Shown: one piece after another, positions 49,638-62,989 of the stretch
How positions within the stretch are numbered: the stretch's first letter is position 1
How the letters are laid out: every line of letters begins with the position of its first letter
NCBI GenBank assembly: GCA_973895155.1
Contig: OZ316894.1
Coordinates: 25,046,709 to 25,110,708 of the forward strand
Reading direction: 5' to 3'
Origin: Marsupella aquatica
Lineage: Eukaryota > Plantae > Marchantiophyta
DNA: 64,000 bases
The notes under the pieces: generated by a model
Database searches by the model: none
Told to the model about the DNA's origin: nothing
Seen by the model: the letters and a program-made list of their open reading frames with translations, nothing else
Translations under genes and position numbers: made by a program

Positions 49638-50963
49638 CTACTCTTCCAATCGGATGTCACCCTTCTGTTTCCACAAATGTTCAATTAAATCATTTCTGAG
49701 GGTGTTCCAACTGGTTGAATTCTCCAGCTCTCTTGTGGCAGCTAGGTAGTCTCTCCAGGGCATTCGCCCTCTTTGAACAGCCAGCAAAGGACCTGCCTCT
49801 GCCCGAAAATCTTCATGCTCCTCCCCTCTCTCATCCTCGATAATCATGTTGTGAAGGACAATGCAAGCCATCAAAATTGTATGCACCCTATCTAGATGCC
49901 AAGCTCTTGCTGGCTGCTTCACAATTCCCCATCTCGCTTGAAGAACTCCAAAGGCTCTTTCAACATCTTTTCTAGTAGCCTCTTGGCACTTGGCAAAAAA
50001 ACATTTCTTTTGTGTCTGGGGCTTGTGAAAAGTTGTCACAAAACATGACCACTTGGGGTAAATTCCATCCACCAAGAGGTAAGCTCTCTTGTACTCTGTG
50101 CCATTGATGGTGTAGTTCAGTTGGTCATAGTGCTGGTGCAACATGTCATTCACCAGAGGAGATCTGTCCAAGACATTCAAGTCATTGTTACCGCCAGGCA
50201 AGCCAAAGAAGGCATGCCAAATCCAAAGCTCCTGATCTGCAATTGCCTCAAGGACTATTGATTTGTTCCCATCTTTGTCTGTGAATTGCCCTTGCCAAGC
50301 CACAGGGCAGTTTTTCCACTCATAGTGCATGCAGTCTAACGAAGCAAACATTCCTGGGAACCCTCTGCTTTCATTCACAGCCAACAATCTCAGGAAGTCA
50401 CTCTTGTCTGGTTTCCTCAAGTATTTTTCCTCATACAATTGTCGAATTGCCAGGCAGAATCTGTAAAATGACTTCCTAGCTGTGGACTCTCCAAGTCTAC
50501 AGTATTCGTCTGTAGCATCCGCCCCAATGCCAAAAGCCAATTGTCGAAGCGCAGCTATGATTTTTTGAAGACCAGATAACCCCATTTTGTTTGCAGCATC
50601 TCGCCTCTGTTGGAAGAAGCTATCATGTGCACAAACTGCTACGTGAATTTTGTGAAACAATCTTCTCGTCATCCTAAACCTACGTCGAAAATCTCTGTTG
50701 TCATACGTACAATTCTCTGCAAAGTAATCATCCCAAATTACTTGATGTCCCCGCTCTCTCTTTCGATCTTTATTGGGCCTCTTCCCAGGCACTGATCCCC
50801 CACCTCGTTTGCGTTGTTTCTGCTCAAATGTACCGAGCCCTTGGAGAGACAAGGGGCCAGCGAGTGTAGCCCTCTCCCAGAAATCTTGCTCCTCCTCCAT
50901 TGAATTAAGCTCATCTTCAATCTGCAAGCGCAAATTCAATCTCCATGCTTCAAGATGATCCAT
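49638..50963 (-). CDS. PIF/Harbinger (Pong-like) DDE transposase, 441 aa
   Basis: FRRRFRM, GMFASLDCMHYEWKNCP, FFGLPGGNNDLNVLD, YLLVDGIYP, RKDVERAFGVLQARW, ACIVLHNMIIEDER; uninterrupted frame. Confidence 0.96.
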   Translation of the reverse strand: MDHLEAWRLNLRLQIEDELNSMEEEQDFWERATLAGPLSLQGLGTFEQKQRKRGGGSVPGKRPNKDRKRERGHQVIWDDYFAENCTYDNRDFRRRFRMTRRLFHKIHVAVCAHDSFFQQRRDAANKMGLSGLQKIIAALRQLAFGIGADATDEYCRLGESTARKSFYRFCLAIRQLYEEKYLRKPDKSDFLRLLAVNESRGFPGMFASLDCMHYEWKNCPVAWQGQFTDKDGNKSIVLEAIADQELWIWHAFFGLPGGNNDLNVLDRSPLVNDMLHQHYDQLNYTINGTEYKRAYLLVDGIYPKWSCFVTTFHKPQTQKKCFFAKCQEATRKDVERAFGVLQARWGIVKQPARAWHLDRVHTILMACIVLHNMIIEDERGEEHEDFRAEAGPLLAVQRGRMPWRDYLAATRELENSTSWNTLRNDLIEHLWKQKGDIRLEE

Positions 50964-52695
50964 GTGATAGAAATCCTATGAAATCAGACAAACTTCTTAC
51001 TCTCGTGAAAAGCTAGAAGGGGCGCAACTATGGAGTTTCAGCGAGGAAGCCTCAGTTCTTGCTCGCAGATTTTTCCATTGTCGCGGCAGCCGCGACGAGC
51101 TCCTGCATCGGGGAGGGAGTTCGAACCTGGGTTGCTCTGGTTCGAACACGAGTTAACAGTTTTCAGGCGTCGATTTACAAGGCACGGGTGCAATGCCTAT
51201 TGCGCGCCCTGGCCATATCACGATGCAGGCCTCCAAAGGGCCGCGACAAATTTCCCTTTGGCAGGGTTGGCCCGCAAAACCGGTGCGGATGCTCTTAGAT
51301 GTAAGATAACTCATGGTTGGAAGGGTGTTTGTTACCATGTGAAAACTCGATTCCAACCAGAAGTTGAAAAGATTGTGAGTGTTTTGGTGCAAATTTCTGA
51401 AATTTTTCACAACTATCATATGCACAAACATAAACCAGGCTTTAGTGATGCAACTCTCGACAACTAAAACTCAGGACAAACAAAAAGTTCTTTCTCTAAA
51501 GCTTTTCACAAACAACATGGGACCAAAAACCTTAGAGGAAATTGCACCACTCATGCAACACCACTTGACTACCTGAACAGGTCTACTAATCCAGGTTTTA
51601 TTACACCTGTTCACAAAGGTAGTGACTGTTTTATATAAATTTTGCAAAATATAAAAAGAAAACAAATCTATCCCCAAAGTATTTATCCGGGCACTTTTTC
51701 TCAAAAAGTGGCATGAAACGAAAAAAGAAGCCCCAAAGAAAAAATTAGTTTTGCAAATCAAGGTATAAAAGCTTTCAAAAACAACCACCAGTCGCAGAGC
51801 ATGAGTTTAAGGATACACTGATGGGAAAGTTTTGGGGGAAGATAGGAGATGGACCTCCTGTAAAGTGGGAATTGCATGAAAGGAAGCTAAAAGAGTTCGT
51901 GTAAAGTATGGGGTTGCATGAAAAGAAGAAGTTAAAATAGAGCTTCAAGGAAGTACACTTTCTGGAATCTGAAGACCGATTTGCTCCAGATGCACCCAAA
52001 ATAACAGTCCTGTATCCCATCCGCTTCAAACTCTTGTCCAATTGACAAAGTTAATCTTGCAACTTGTTCACTCGAACGTTCGTTTGGTGCCACTGACGTA
52101 TCTAAGATTGTTTCATCTGCAGTTGTTGTGATTCATCCTGCAGGCATGTGAATAATTCGAGCATGCCCACAAATTTAGTGAAAGCCCAGTTTCTTACATA
52201 GTTCTTTCCGGTGAGACGAAGTATGGAAGGAATCCTCCTCTACTGGTACCGAACTGGTTGTCCTTATATGTTGAGTCACGTTGGGTCTCTTTTCCTATGG
52301 GTAGGTTATGGTCCTCTGCCTCTATTCTACACCTGCGACGATTTCTGCTCTTCAAAGAAAGGGGGTCAGCAACGATGTCTGCATATGTCAGTCACTGACA
52401 TCAGCATTTTTAAACAAGAAAATGCCATTTAGTGGCCATTTAGTTCAATTTTCCTGAAGGGGCGAGTCTTTTGCTTTCTTGTGGTGTGCTGCTGATTGAA
52501 GAGTAACGAAAAACGTTCCCCTAAGAGGACTTTTCATCATTGAGAACCTTTGTGAATATTTACGAGCACTATTTCATATCGCTTGAAGCTGGAGCAGCAA
52601 CTTTCTTCTCTTTTGCTCGGGATGCTCACGCAGCAAATATCACCTCAGGATAGGCTGTGCGCTCCTACTCACAACTACAAACTATTCCAATTTCG

Positions 52696-55600
52696 TCAGT
52701 TATTTTGAACCATCTTGCCGACTAATTGAGCTATTCCCAAAGATGCAGTGAGGCCCGGTGACTCAACACCGTACAAGTGTATTAGCCCTGGAATGCCATG
52801 TGAGTCTTCTCCCTGCGAATAACACTCCAAGTTGTCAATAAACAGGTGAACGATAAGGAGGCACGTTCACAATCAATAACAGACCATCGTACAGTGGCCT
52901 CAAGTATTGGTTTTTTCTGGATATAATCTGACCTGGAGCGAGCCGGAATGACCCTGCTACCCAGGATAACCAGATTATTGAATATAATAAGCTTCACTAG
53001 TCTAACATGCGGCATATCATAACACAAACTGATCGACCCCCTGATACACCTGCTGTAGCTGATTTGTGCAAATGCAGGTGGAGCTTTCTTGGGAGCTATA
53101 AAATTTCTAGAAGATAGAAGCCATATGACCAGCACAGGGGAAGATCATAGGAGAACGAGATTTTCAGCAAGGTCACTACCCTGCTTCACCTAGGTGGAGG
53201 AACTGAAACTTTTTTCTCGACTCCGACCTACATTACGCTTCGTGCTAAGAAATTGCAGAAGACAATTGAAAATGCCTACCACTAGTTGTTGCTATAAAAT
53301 GCTCGAGCAGAAGGATGGTCAACCCCGAGAATGGTGCTCAAAGAATGAACGTCTAATAAGTACCTGAATCAGGAAATCTGCAGGTGTTTGTCCACGCCCT
53401 GAGATTTTGGGGCGCATTCCAGAGTAGCCAGGTTGCAGTGCTCCATCAGGAAGGGCGGGGTAGTACCTTCGAATTTCATCATAAAACTTATCACCCCTCC
53501 TTGGATCAACAACGTAGTCAAATCTGCACAGTCATTTTAATCAGTAAGAGCATATCCTGATAGACTTGGAAGGGACAATGCCTATGCACCAGCTTCATCA
53601 CTACTCATTCACTTATTTGTCCATGGACCTTAGAAGAAAATTTTCCTTCTAGCACAAGCTTGGCTATATTCATTTCAAACCAGACCGAAGCTTCAAGTCA
53701 TTATTGACTTTCAGTTGAATATCGAATGGCGTCCGGCCAACTTTCAATTCAATGAAATAGGAGCCTCAACTCGTTTAAGGGAGAAGATCATCTCACAGCA
53801 TTCCAATTAAATATGAATCACTTTGAATTCCAATGAAGTTCTAGATTTAATTCCCCTGGTATATACTGTTTCCAGTCTCATTGTTTATGCCGAACTAGAT
53901 TCACAAAATTACTGCAACTACTGTCTAAGAAGGAAAGGCACAAAGAAAATCAAGTATAGCATATTGGATCAAGGTACGAGAGCTTACTGAGCTGGGAACA
54001 AGGCATCGTCACTGAGATGTGGGAGCCACTCAACATCAGGACCAAAGCGAGTCTGGCCTCCTAGATCCATGGTCACATGGACCCCGATACCACCTTCCTC
54101 AGGAACTGGGTAGATCAACCGCGTGAATGGGGGTTTGCTGACTCCAGTGAGATTAAAGTAGCAGCCCTTTGCATAGTAACCTTTCGGAATCGTCTTCAAC
54201 GGCAGACCCTCTATTCTTCTTGCAACAGATTGGGCAAAAAGACCTGCGGCATTGATTACAGTCTTAGCTGAGAGAGTCGTAACTTTACCGACATCTGACG
54301 TAGGAGATCGGGGAGAGGTAGCTAGGGTCGACGTGTCAGCAACGCTAATCTCAATTCGGCCGGGAGCAACTGACCCCTTGATCACGGCGGCGTTGAATGC
54401 AAAAGATACTCCCAGGTCTTCTGCATCTGTCTGTGATATAGTACGGATCAGAACTTGCACGAAGGTACTAACAGTTTTGCTCGTTGACCACTCCAAACTC
54501 TTCTTCATCATTGTTCAATAGTGACAATAATATCTTTCAGAGAGAATAACCCAGCAACCTGTCTTACCTGCAAAGCGAGCATAAAGGCATAGCTGTCTAT
54601 AATTCCTGTCGAAGGAGACACCAGGGCTCTAACACATCGGAGAGAAGGTTCCAGTTGCATTGCTTCCTCCCCACTAATCATGTGGAGATCATTTACACCA
54701 TTGGCTTTCCCCAAGCCGGACAGCTTCTCAAGCACGGGGATTTGATTGGTTGCAGTGGCTACAATCAACTTGGCAACATTTTTATGGGGAACTTCACGCT
54801 CTCTGCAGTATGCATACATAGCATGCTGGCCTTCCACACACAGTCTTGCCTACAAAGTACAGACGTACACAAAGGTAACAATCGGATGGCCATTCCGGTG
54901 GGTCAGGAAACAGTTTTTTAGCAGCATTTGCCCCACAATCTCCAGACATTGAAGCAGAAAACACCCAATTCTAAGAAAGCTCCGCTCGTGGCCGAAAACA
55001 GAAAGGGCCTTGGTGATCTCAAGATTCAAGAAGCGCTAAGACTTATCCTTCAAGATTGTCCATTCTAAAGGGAAAATACGCAATCTCCCCAGGAAACTCA
55101 CCCAGATTACATGACATATAGCATTTACTCAATGAATGACAACAGAGCCAACGAGAAGGGTCAGATAGCAACCTCCTGAGGACAATTTATCCATACTGGT
55201 CAGAGCACTTCTGTATAAAAATCCAGACAATGTGTAAGCCAACTTTCTACATTGTAAAAGCAGCCCAAACACTAACCAGTAAACCCTGCTGCTACCTTCA
55301 GAGATCCGGGAGGGTAATATATTCCAGCATGAATGACTTCGCTGTTCCGAGCACTCGTGCCTGTCCCTATCCGTTGAGCTGCTTCCAGCACGACAACTTC
55401 TCTTCCCTGCTTTGCTATCTCTCTGGCAACTGCAATGCCGACAACTCCAGCTCCTATCACCACACAGTCTACCTTTTCCTTCTCCACCCCATTCTGAAGT
55501 CCAGTGGCAAGCTCAGTTGGCGTAGCCCGTCCAGAAAGTCCTCGGTGTAGAATTTTTTCTGTAGGACCGCCATTGCTGCGGAAGCTCCTTGCAGTCACTG

Positions 55601-55793
55601 CGAACTTACATTCGGCAGACGAGATTGAAAGTATTGAAGAGCCGTCTCCAATTTGGGACCCATCCCTTCTCGAAGTAAAACTGGAGGCAGCATGCAGTCT
55701 GCGAGACGTGAGCGACGTGCAAGAGCCAAAGGAATGCTCCAACAAGCACACCCGAATACTGTGTATCAGGAAATGAAAGGATTTTCTTTTCAT
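52696..55793 (-). CDS. L2HGDH: L-2-hydroxyglutarate dehydrogenase (FAD-dependent), 5 exons, with N-terminal targeting-like extension
   Basis: [80 protein letters not shown]. Exons approx 55298-55793, 54568-54850, 53987-54432, 53364-53523, 52696-52812. Confidence 0.92.
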
Positions 55794-58121
55794 CGATCCG
55801 CCGGATGAAGGAATTGATATGATATGATATGATGCCTCGTTTTCAAGGTAGCTGCCGAATCCCACCCAGTATTACAAGTCTGTAAAATGATTGGAAGAAA
55901 CCCCAAATGGCCAATGCCGAGCTCAATTCAGCTGAACGACTCCAATGCACCGGAGAAAAATGGAAAGTTTATGATTGACGTCCACTGTCAGCTGAAGCTC
56001 TTGGGTTCGGCAATGCGATAGCTTCCGCAAAGAATGGAGCAAATAGTCTATCGAGTACATATACAGCTGCCTTGAATGTGACTTTGCCTGCCTATGGATC
56101 ACATCAGAAGAGTGATCGCCATTGGCTTGTATCCGAGAAACGCTGCACTCCCAAACAACTCATCAATGTTTTTCAAATCTCGAGCAGAAAATTTGGGAAA
56201 ACTACTGACTGGTGAACTATGAGTACAGAGCAGACGAAATCAAGACTCAACTACGAATCTAACCAGAAACGGAGATGAATTTCTACTCTCTCAACTCTCC
56301 ACGAGGACTACTCCAGAAACCCACGATTTCCCGCAGCACCTCATTAAATTCTTCGCAGCTGTCATCAAAGTTTCCTTTCCGTTCTCACTCGATCCCTGCC
56401 CCGTTCGTCGCCGGAGTCACGACTCTGCTGCTGCTGCTCACTCGAGCTCCTTTCCCACGCACAAAGCAAATGCACCTTGCTGGAGTCTTCTCTCTGGCGC
56501 CGGCATTGATGGAGAATGCCAGACAGAAAAGATCCTCAACACGCGAATGGAACAAACGGGTGTGGCCAACAAGAACGAGAACAGTCTCTTGAATTTCGCA
56601 AAATAGGCCAAGATCTTTGAATTTAGACGCGTGTGTTATATCGACAATCCACTTGACTTCCACACAATGTTATTTGTTTTCAGTGAGAATTTGATTTTAG
56701 TTCACTTTATGAGAGTTTTGAGAGTTTGTCTTCGCTTTTCGAAGTTCAACCTTGGATGGACCTCAACTTTGCGTACGAAGACTAAATGGATTGTCTAAAT
56801 CTAGATAGACTGCGGAAAAATATCTCAGTATACTCTCATAACATTAGTTTACACTTGATGACAGAATAACCTTTAACTCAAGTCAACAAACAGAGGCTAC
56901 TCGTATAACAATATTTCAATTCTCTCCTTCACTTCTTGAGCAAAGTGCCAAAGTGTAACAAGATGGATTGGTGCTACATTGATTTCACTCCCGATTAGCC
57001 ATGAGATTGAAAGTACAAAGTATGGACGCTGTAACCCAGATACGCAAGGACAAACCTATGGGGCTCAATCTTGAGAACCATTCAATTGAATGTGCACAAG
57101 TGATTCCACAGATGAACAAGTGATTCCACAGATGAACGGATTCGTGTTGCATCAACTTCACTGGGTTTTGCAAGTTGTGGGGAGAGTGATCAACTTTACT
57201 TAGGATTTGGCACTGGTGGGGAGAGGTTTCATCAAGCATTATTAAGGAGGTTACAAATTTCTGAGGGTATTGTTCACGACGTGCTTAAATTTGTGCCTTG
57301 AACTCTCCACCCAGTGTTCAACTTTGTGGTCCAGGATCCTTCCTTTCCGAACTCCAAAACCAAAGGCCAACGTAAGTATCTAAGAAATTAGTCAAATTAT
57401 CAGCGAAGTACTGCTCCAATCCTTTCTTTCTGTCGCACACCAATTTCCATTCTCGCCTCAGCAACAAGAGATTTGTGCGGTAACAACGATGTCACTTTGA
57501 ATATATCACAGCCACAAGTTTCCCGACAACCTGATGACTTCTTCGCAGCTCTTCACACGATGTGGGCTTTAAGCGACGAAAGTAAGCGACAACGGTGCTC
57601 ATGAATAAGCTCGAGTGGAATGAGACCTCGTGAAGAATATTCAGTCTACAGTTTAAAAAAACAAATTCGGAAATCTACAGTCAATTTGGTTAGGCCCGTC
57701 TCCAATTTGGCCAAAACCTTTACAAATACGCTTGACGTTACAGAGAGTTCAAACCAATTCCCGACTTCACAAGACTCAACTAAAAGTTTGGTAAAATCGG
57801 TACAAAGCAAAGACAAAATTTCGACACACCTTCCCGTTGCATGAGTGCTAAAGGGCTAAATTCACTCGGGAACATTGTCTTGTAGTGCTGTAAGGGTCGC
57901 ACAAAGGAATTAATGAAAGCAGTAGACAACACACGGAACAATACTTTCTGCCTTCAAAGAATTTCTCCAAAGAATGTGGACTTACACAAGAAATATCTGC
58001 AATGCAAGCCGGATACAGACCTATGGACTCAAAATTGTTAACTCCTTTCTCTATTATCACTCAAAGTCAGTATAACTTTCCTCATCTAAACCTGCTAGCT
58101 ATTCTCATCGCCTCAAAACTT

Positions 58122-61100
58122 TTACTCGTCTGTTACGCAACCTTGAGAAGCTGGCTTCACCGTCTTGATATACTGCACATAGCAACAGAAGGTCGTGAGA
58201 GATAACCCCACGCAAAAGAAAACAACAATCGTTTAATTAGCATCCAGATTCAGTATTAATGATACCTTGGACTGCTATAGAACAGATAAAGGGTATGATG
58301 AAATTTTTTGTTTTCAAATGTAAACTAAAGACGACAATAGTCCGATCGAGAATGTAGCACATAAAAACCAGCCCTTAAAAGCGTAATTCAATGCCAGACA
58401 AATTACCTTATACAGAGTGCCACGAACTGCTTTTAAGGGAGGGGCTACCCATTCCTTTTGTCGAAGCTTCAATTCGATATCTGATACATCCATATCAATA
58501 CTTCGCTTCTCAACATCAATTGTTACAATATCTCCATCTCGTACAAGTGCAAGAGGCCCACCTTCCTGTAAAATAAAGGTCATCTGTGTTAATAACAGAC
58601 CCAAATCCTCCAAATGCCAAGTAGATTCTTGCACAGTGACCTACAATTCTCTGAACATCAAAATTTATGGCCAGAGCATCAAACCATTCTCCTCCACGAT
58701 GTACATGACAAATGTTTCATTGAACTAGAAGAACTATGACTACCTGTGCCTCGGGACAAATGTGACCCACTACAAATCCATGGGAACCACCCGAAAAGCG
58801 TCCATCGGTTAAAAGGGCAACTTCCTGCAAATGATATAACATTGCAGATCCCAGCTTGTTATATTATGAGTACAAATTTGGAAAGTGTCTCCTACAATAT
58901 CTTCGAAGTATAGAATAAATGGATAAACATCCTGCATAACATCCAAATCAGAAATATGTAGCACGGAGAACACCAGTATCTAGATTTTTGCACAATCAAT
59001 CACATCGATCTTAGAACAAGCTCAACAAGCCCGTACTGAACCTCAGACCATCACAATGAAGACCGGTTTGACGACAATCAATCAAATGACCTGCACTCCC
59101 AGTTATGCTAATCTGCTCACGGAGAAGTGGACCATTCCCTTTCTATTGCGGTGAAAACCAGAATGACTCTAAATAGTTACTGAGAAAAACCTTCCCCAAC
59201 CCAGCACCCATGATTGCACTGGTAGGCGTGAGCATCTCTGGCATTCCTGGCCCGCCTTTCGGGCCCTCTCCACTTATAATAATCACAGCTCCCTGAGGTG
59301 AGATGAACATGAAATAAAAGTTAGGTTGTGATTTATAAACCACTAGGACACGGAACTTTAAGTCTTTCGGCGGCTGACAAGAAAAGTCAATGACGAGTGC
59401 TTAGTCCTAGGTAATGTGAAGTTAACACGATACCTTGAAGCTTGAAGAATTCTTTGAAAGTGCAGCAAGCATGGCTTCTTCTCCATCAAATACTCTTGCA
59501 GGGCCTACAAAACATACAACTCTGTTAAACTCCAGTGAATAAATCAAAATTTCAAACTATAATACCCTTGAAATCTAGATAATTAGCTTGGGCTAAACAT
59601 ATTATGCCGACTGAGATTTACCAGAGAAATACAGTCCCTCTTTTCCAGTGATTTTGGCCACGCTGCCCTCAGGTGCAAGGTTGCCATATAAAATCTGAAG
59701 ATGACCAGTCTTTTTAATTGGGTTCTCCAGTGGGAATATTAATTTCTGCATAGCAATGTGGGAAGACAAGGCACACCACATCGAAAATCAGCCACAAGCT
59801 CTTTGGGGCAATCCATTTGAATTCCACAAATAGAAGAACCTTTCACCATCCAGACGTACGGCATTCCCTGCTTAAATAATCTGTTCGGGGACTTCTTTTC
59901 TGATACTGACAATTGCTGAATTATGCATAGATTCTTAAGGGGGACGGCTTAAAACTCTGACCTGACCCTCTGACAGAGGTGGACAGCTCTCGAGATTTTC
60001 CGCGAGTGTTTTTCCCGTCACTGCAAAAGAGGGAGGTCAAGATGAAACTCCGTGCACTTCGAAATTCATAACATCTCATCCAAAAATCTGCACTTAAAGA
60101 GAAAAAGGCAACATAACAGACTCGTGAAGACATCCACATATCAACCCATTCATAGGTAGGTAGCTTAAGAATGCAAGTTGTAATACAGACTAAGGACTAA
60201 TCAGTTATCCATCAGACGACTGTCTGCACATGAAATGCATGTCCATTGAATGAGCAGTACTGAAAGGAAATGGACCTGTTAAACAGCTTCCGTCAATGAG
60301 TCCCTTTTCTAGTAAATACTTGAGGACTCCTGGAACGCCTCCAATCTGTGCAGGAACATTACTGGGATCAATCTCGCGGTTAGAAATGAGAAAATGAACG
60401 TCTCCAGAGAGGAAACGACATTTAAATCAAACAGAGGCCGTGAGTACCTTGTGAAGATCTTCCATGACATACTTTCCGCTAGGCTTGAAATCCGCGAGAA
60501 GGGGGATCCTGTCACTGGTTCTCTGGAAGTCATCCAGAGTCAAGTCGATGCCCACAGACCTGCATGTTCAGGAATGAGCAGATGAGACACTGAACACCAG
60601 CCCAGGTAGAACTGTTGAAGGTGTATACAGGCATTTGGAAAAACTCACCTAGCAATTGCAATAAGATGTAAGACCGCATTTGTAGAGCCACCAAGTGCAA
60701 TAACCGTAACCATCGCATTCTCCAAAGATACTCGAGTGATAATATCTCTTGGCTTGATGTCTTTCTTCAAGAGATCTAGTAGGTATTTCCCGGCCATTCG
60801 ACACTCCTCCAACTTCAGCGGGTCTTCCGCAGGTATTGAAGAGCTGTTCAGTAAAACGAAATGAGGTCTTGAAGGTGCCTTCCTATCCACCTGCTAACAG
60901 GTTTGCCCATTCAGAAGTACCGAGGAAGACCATCTCACCAAAGTTGCATCTCACCACAGTTTGCAATACTGACTCAAGATATGCATCTTGATTACCTGTA
61001 AGGCAATGTCATCCCCATTGCTTCAATAGCACTGGCCATGGTATTTGCTGTGTACATGCCACCACATGCTCCTGCCCCTGGACAAGATTTATGTAGTACG

Positions 61101-62989
61101 TTTAGCCGTTGTTCATCACTTAGCGTGCCGGCAACGTACTCGCCATAAGTCTGCACCACAAGTACGGAAACAAAGTTGGGGATCGCAGTTTGTTCAGTGA
61201 AATGTTTTGGGAGCTTCCTCAGATATTCTCATCGGTCAGGGAGCAATCGATTCCGGTAAGTCACAGGTGACAGGGAGCACGGATTAGATTTACAAATCAA
61301 AATAACGATCATCTGAAGGGATCCAATTTCAATACTTCCCATCAGATAACGATGGTACAAAGCATCAACCAAGGCAATGATTGCCAAATACAAGTTACCT
61401 GAAAAGCTGACACAATATCGTAGCTCTTATCCCCGTCTATCCCTGGCTGCATAGTGAATTGAGACAAAATCTCAGTAGGGAATATGAAACATCCCAACGA
61501 GCATTAACATCATGTACGAATTGTCCTTCGAAGGGCGAAGGCCTCTGAAGTGGTAATGGAGATAAAGATGCATTTGCACATTAAAATGATCATGCTAGCC
61601 ATCTCCATTGCCAAGAACTCGACTCGCAAGAGGTTGCCAGAAAAGATGATCAAACCTGACCTTTATAGTTCCTCCATAGACCATGATGCTGGGCCTGTTC
61701 AATCGACCCATGGCAATAACCGTGCCCGGCATCTGGTACACAGTTTTTAGCAAACAAGCAGGCTTTTAAGTGACCCTGACACATGCGCAAAAACTAAAGC
61801 CTGAATCGCATCTCACAGCACAAATAATCACAAAAATCAATTTTGAGCCTAATTGAAGGTTGAGAATATTGCAGAATGAGCTTTTGATATAAACCATTCG
61901 TGTTTCCAATAAACTCCCCGGGAGAGCTTAGAAATTCATATGAAGAACTACTAACCCAAAATACATTTGGTTTCAGACTCTGTCTTAGGCCAAGTTTTCA
62001 AAGATGAAACCTTCCCTTGACCAGCTGCATTTTCATTTCGTGTAACTCACGCTTTGGGAGTTACAAATTATGAGCAAGAAGACAAAAATTGAGTTTACCC
62101 TTCACACTGGACAGGCACCCAAAAAGCCACAATCTTCACAACTGCAAACATGGATTCAGTCAAACAATTCACGTCCTCAAATCCCCCAAACCCCGTAAAA
62201 TCCCAGTAACCACAATCGCAACCTCAATCACTCAGTCCCTGCCGTGGAATTTCTAGCCAAAAAAAGTCAACAAAAACGACCAGTGACAACATCGAAGCTT
62301 CTCTGCAAAACGAGGGATGCGCATCGGCAGAGGGGGCTCACATTTTTGTCACACCCCGGAAGAGAAATGTTTCCATCGTACCACTGGCCACCCATGACGG
62401 TCTCAATGCTGTCCGCAATGAGATCTCGGGACTGCAAGCTGTAGCTCATTCCCTCAGTTCCCATCGAGATGGCGTCGCTCACACCCACGGTGTTGAACCG
62501 GAAGGCCACCATGCCGGCATCCTGCACCCCTTGCTTGACGGCCTCGGACAGCCCGAGCAGATGCATATTGCAAGTGTTGCCCTCGTACCAGACCGACGAA
62601 ATGCCCACCTGCGGCTTGCTCAGGTCGTCATTCGTCAGCCCCACTCCGTAGAGAATGGCCTGCGACGCCCCCTGCGACTTGGGCTGCGTCACTCGCGAGC
62701 TGTACTTGTTCAGGATCGTTGTCTCCTCTCCCACAGGGCTCTCCACTGACTGCTGCGGTGGCGCTGGTGCAGCCACGGCCGTGATCCTCAGCTGCTGCCT
62801 CCATTCTCGAGGGCTCCGTCTCCTTCTTGCTGCTGCTCCACCATCACCACCCACAAGACCTGTTCGCGAGAAGCTCAGCAGCTCCCTCGATTTCGAAACA
62901 TTTGCAATTGCAGCAGATATTTGGGTCCCTTTCGCACCAGCTGCTGCTGAAGCTGTGACGGCCACAGCCACAGCTTGAATCGTCGCCAT
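58122..62989 (-). CDS. DHAD: Dihydroxy-acid dehydratase (IlvD family), plastid-targeted, ~14 exons
   Basis: Ala/Ser/Arg-rich transit peptide; [83 protein letters not shown]; ends GCVTDE*. Confidence 0.96.

Larger units (their letters stand above)
47122..51294. mobile_element. PIF/Harbinger (Pong-like) DNA transposon, apparently intact (4173 bp)
   Basis: TIRs gagcatccccaccggt (47122-47137) / accggtgcggatgctc (51279-51294), 15/16 match; TTA TSD (47119-47121, 51295-51297); two intact convergent ORFs. Confidence 0.95.

Noticed and set aside
56200-56600. Possible homology between the L2HGDH upstream region and the C-terminal part of the 42685-44418 ORF
   Set aside because: Only short scattered matches, compatible with chance.
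12661-62989. Metabolic gene cluster (GAPN, L2HGDH, DHAD)
   Set aside because: Unrelated primary-metabolism enzymes in different pathways and predicted compartments; adjacency alone is not evidence.
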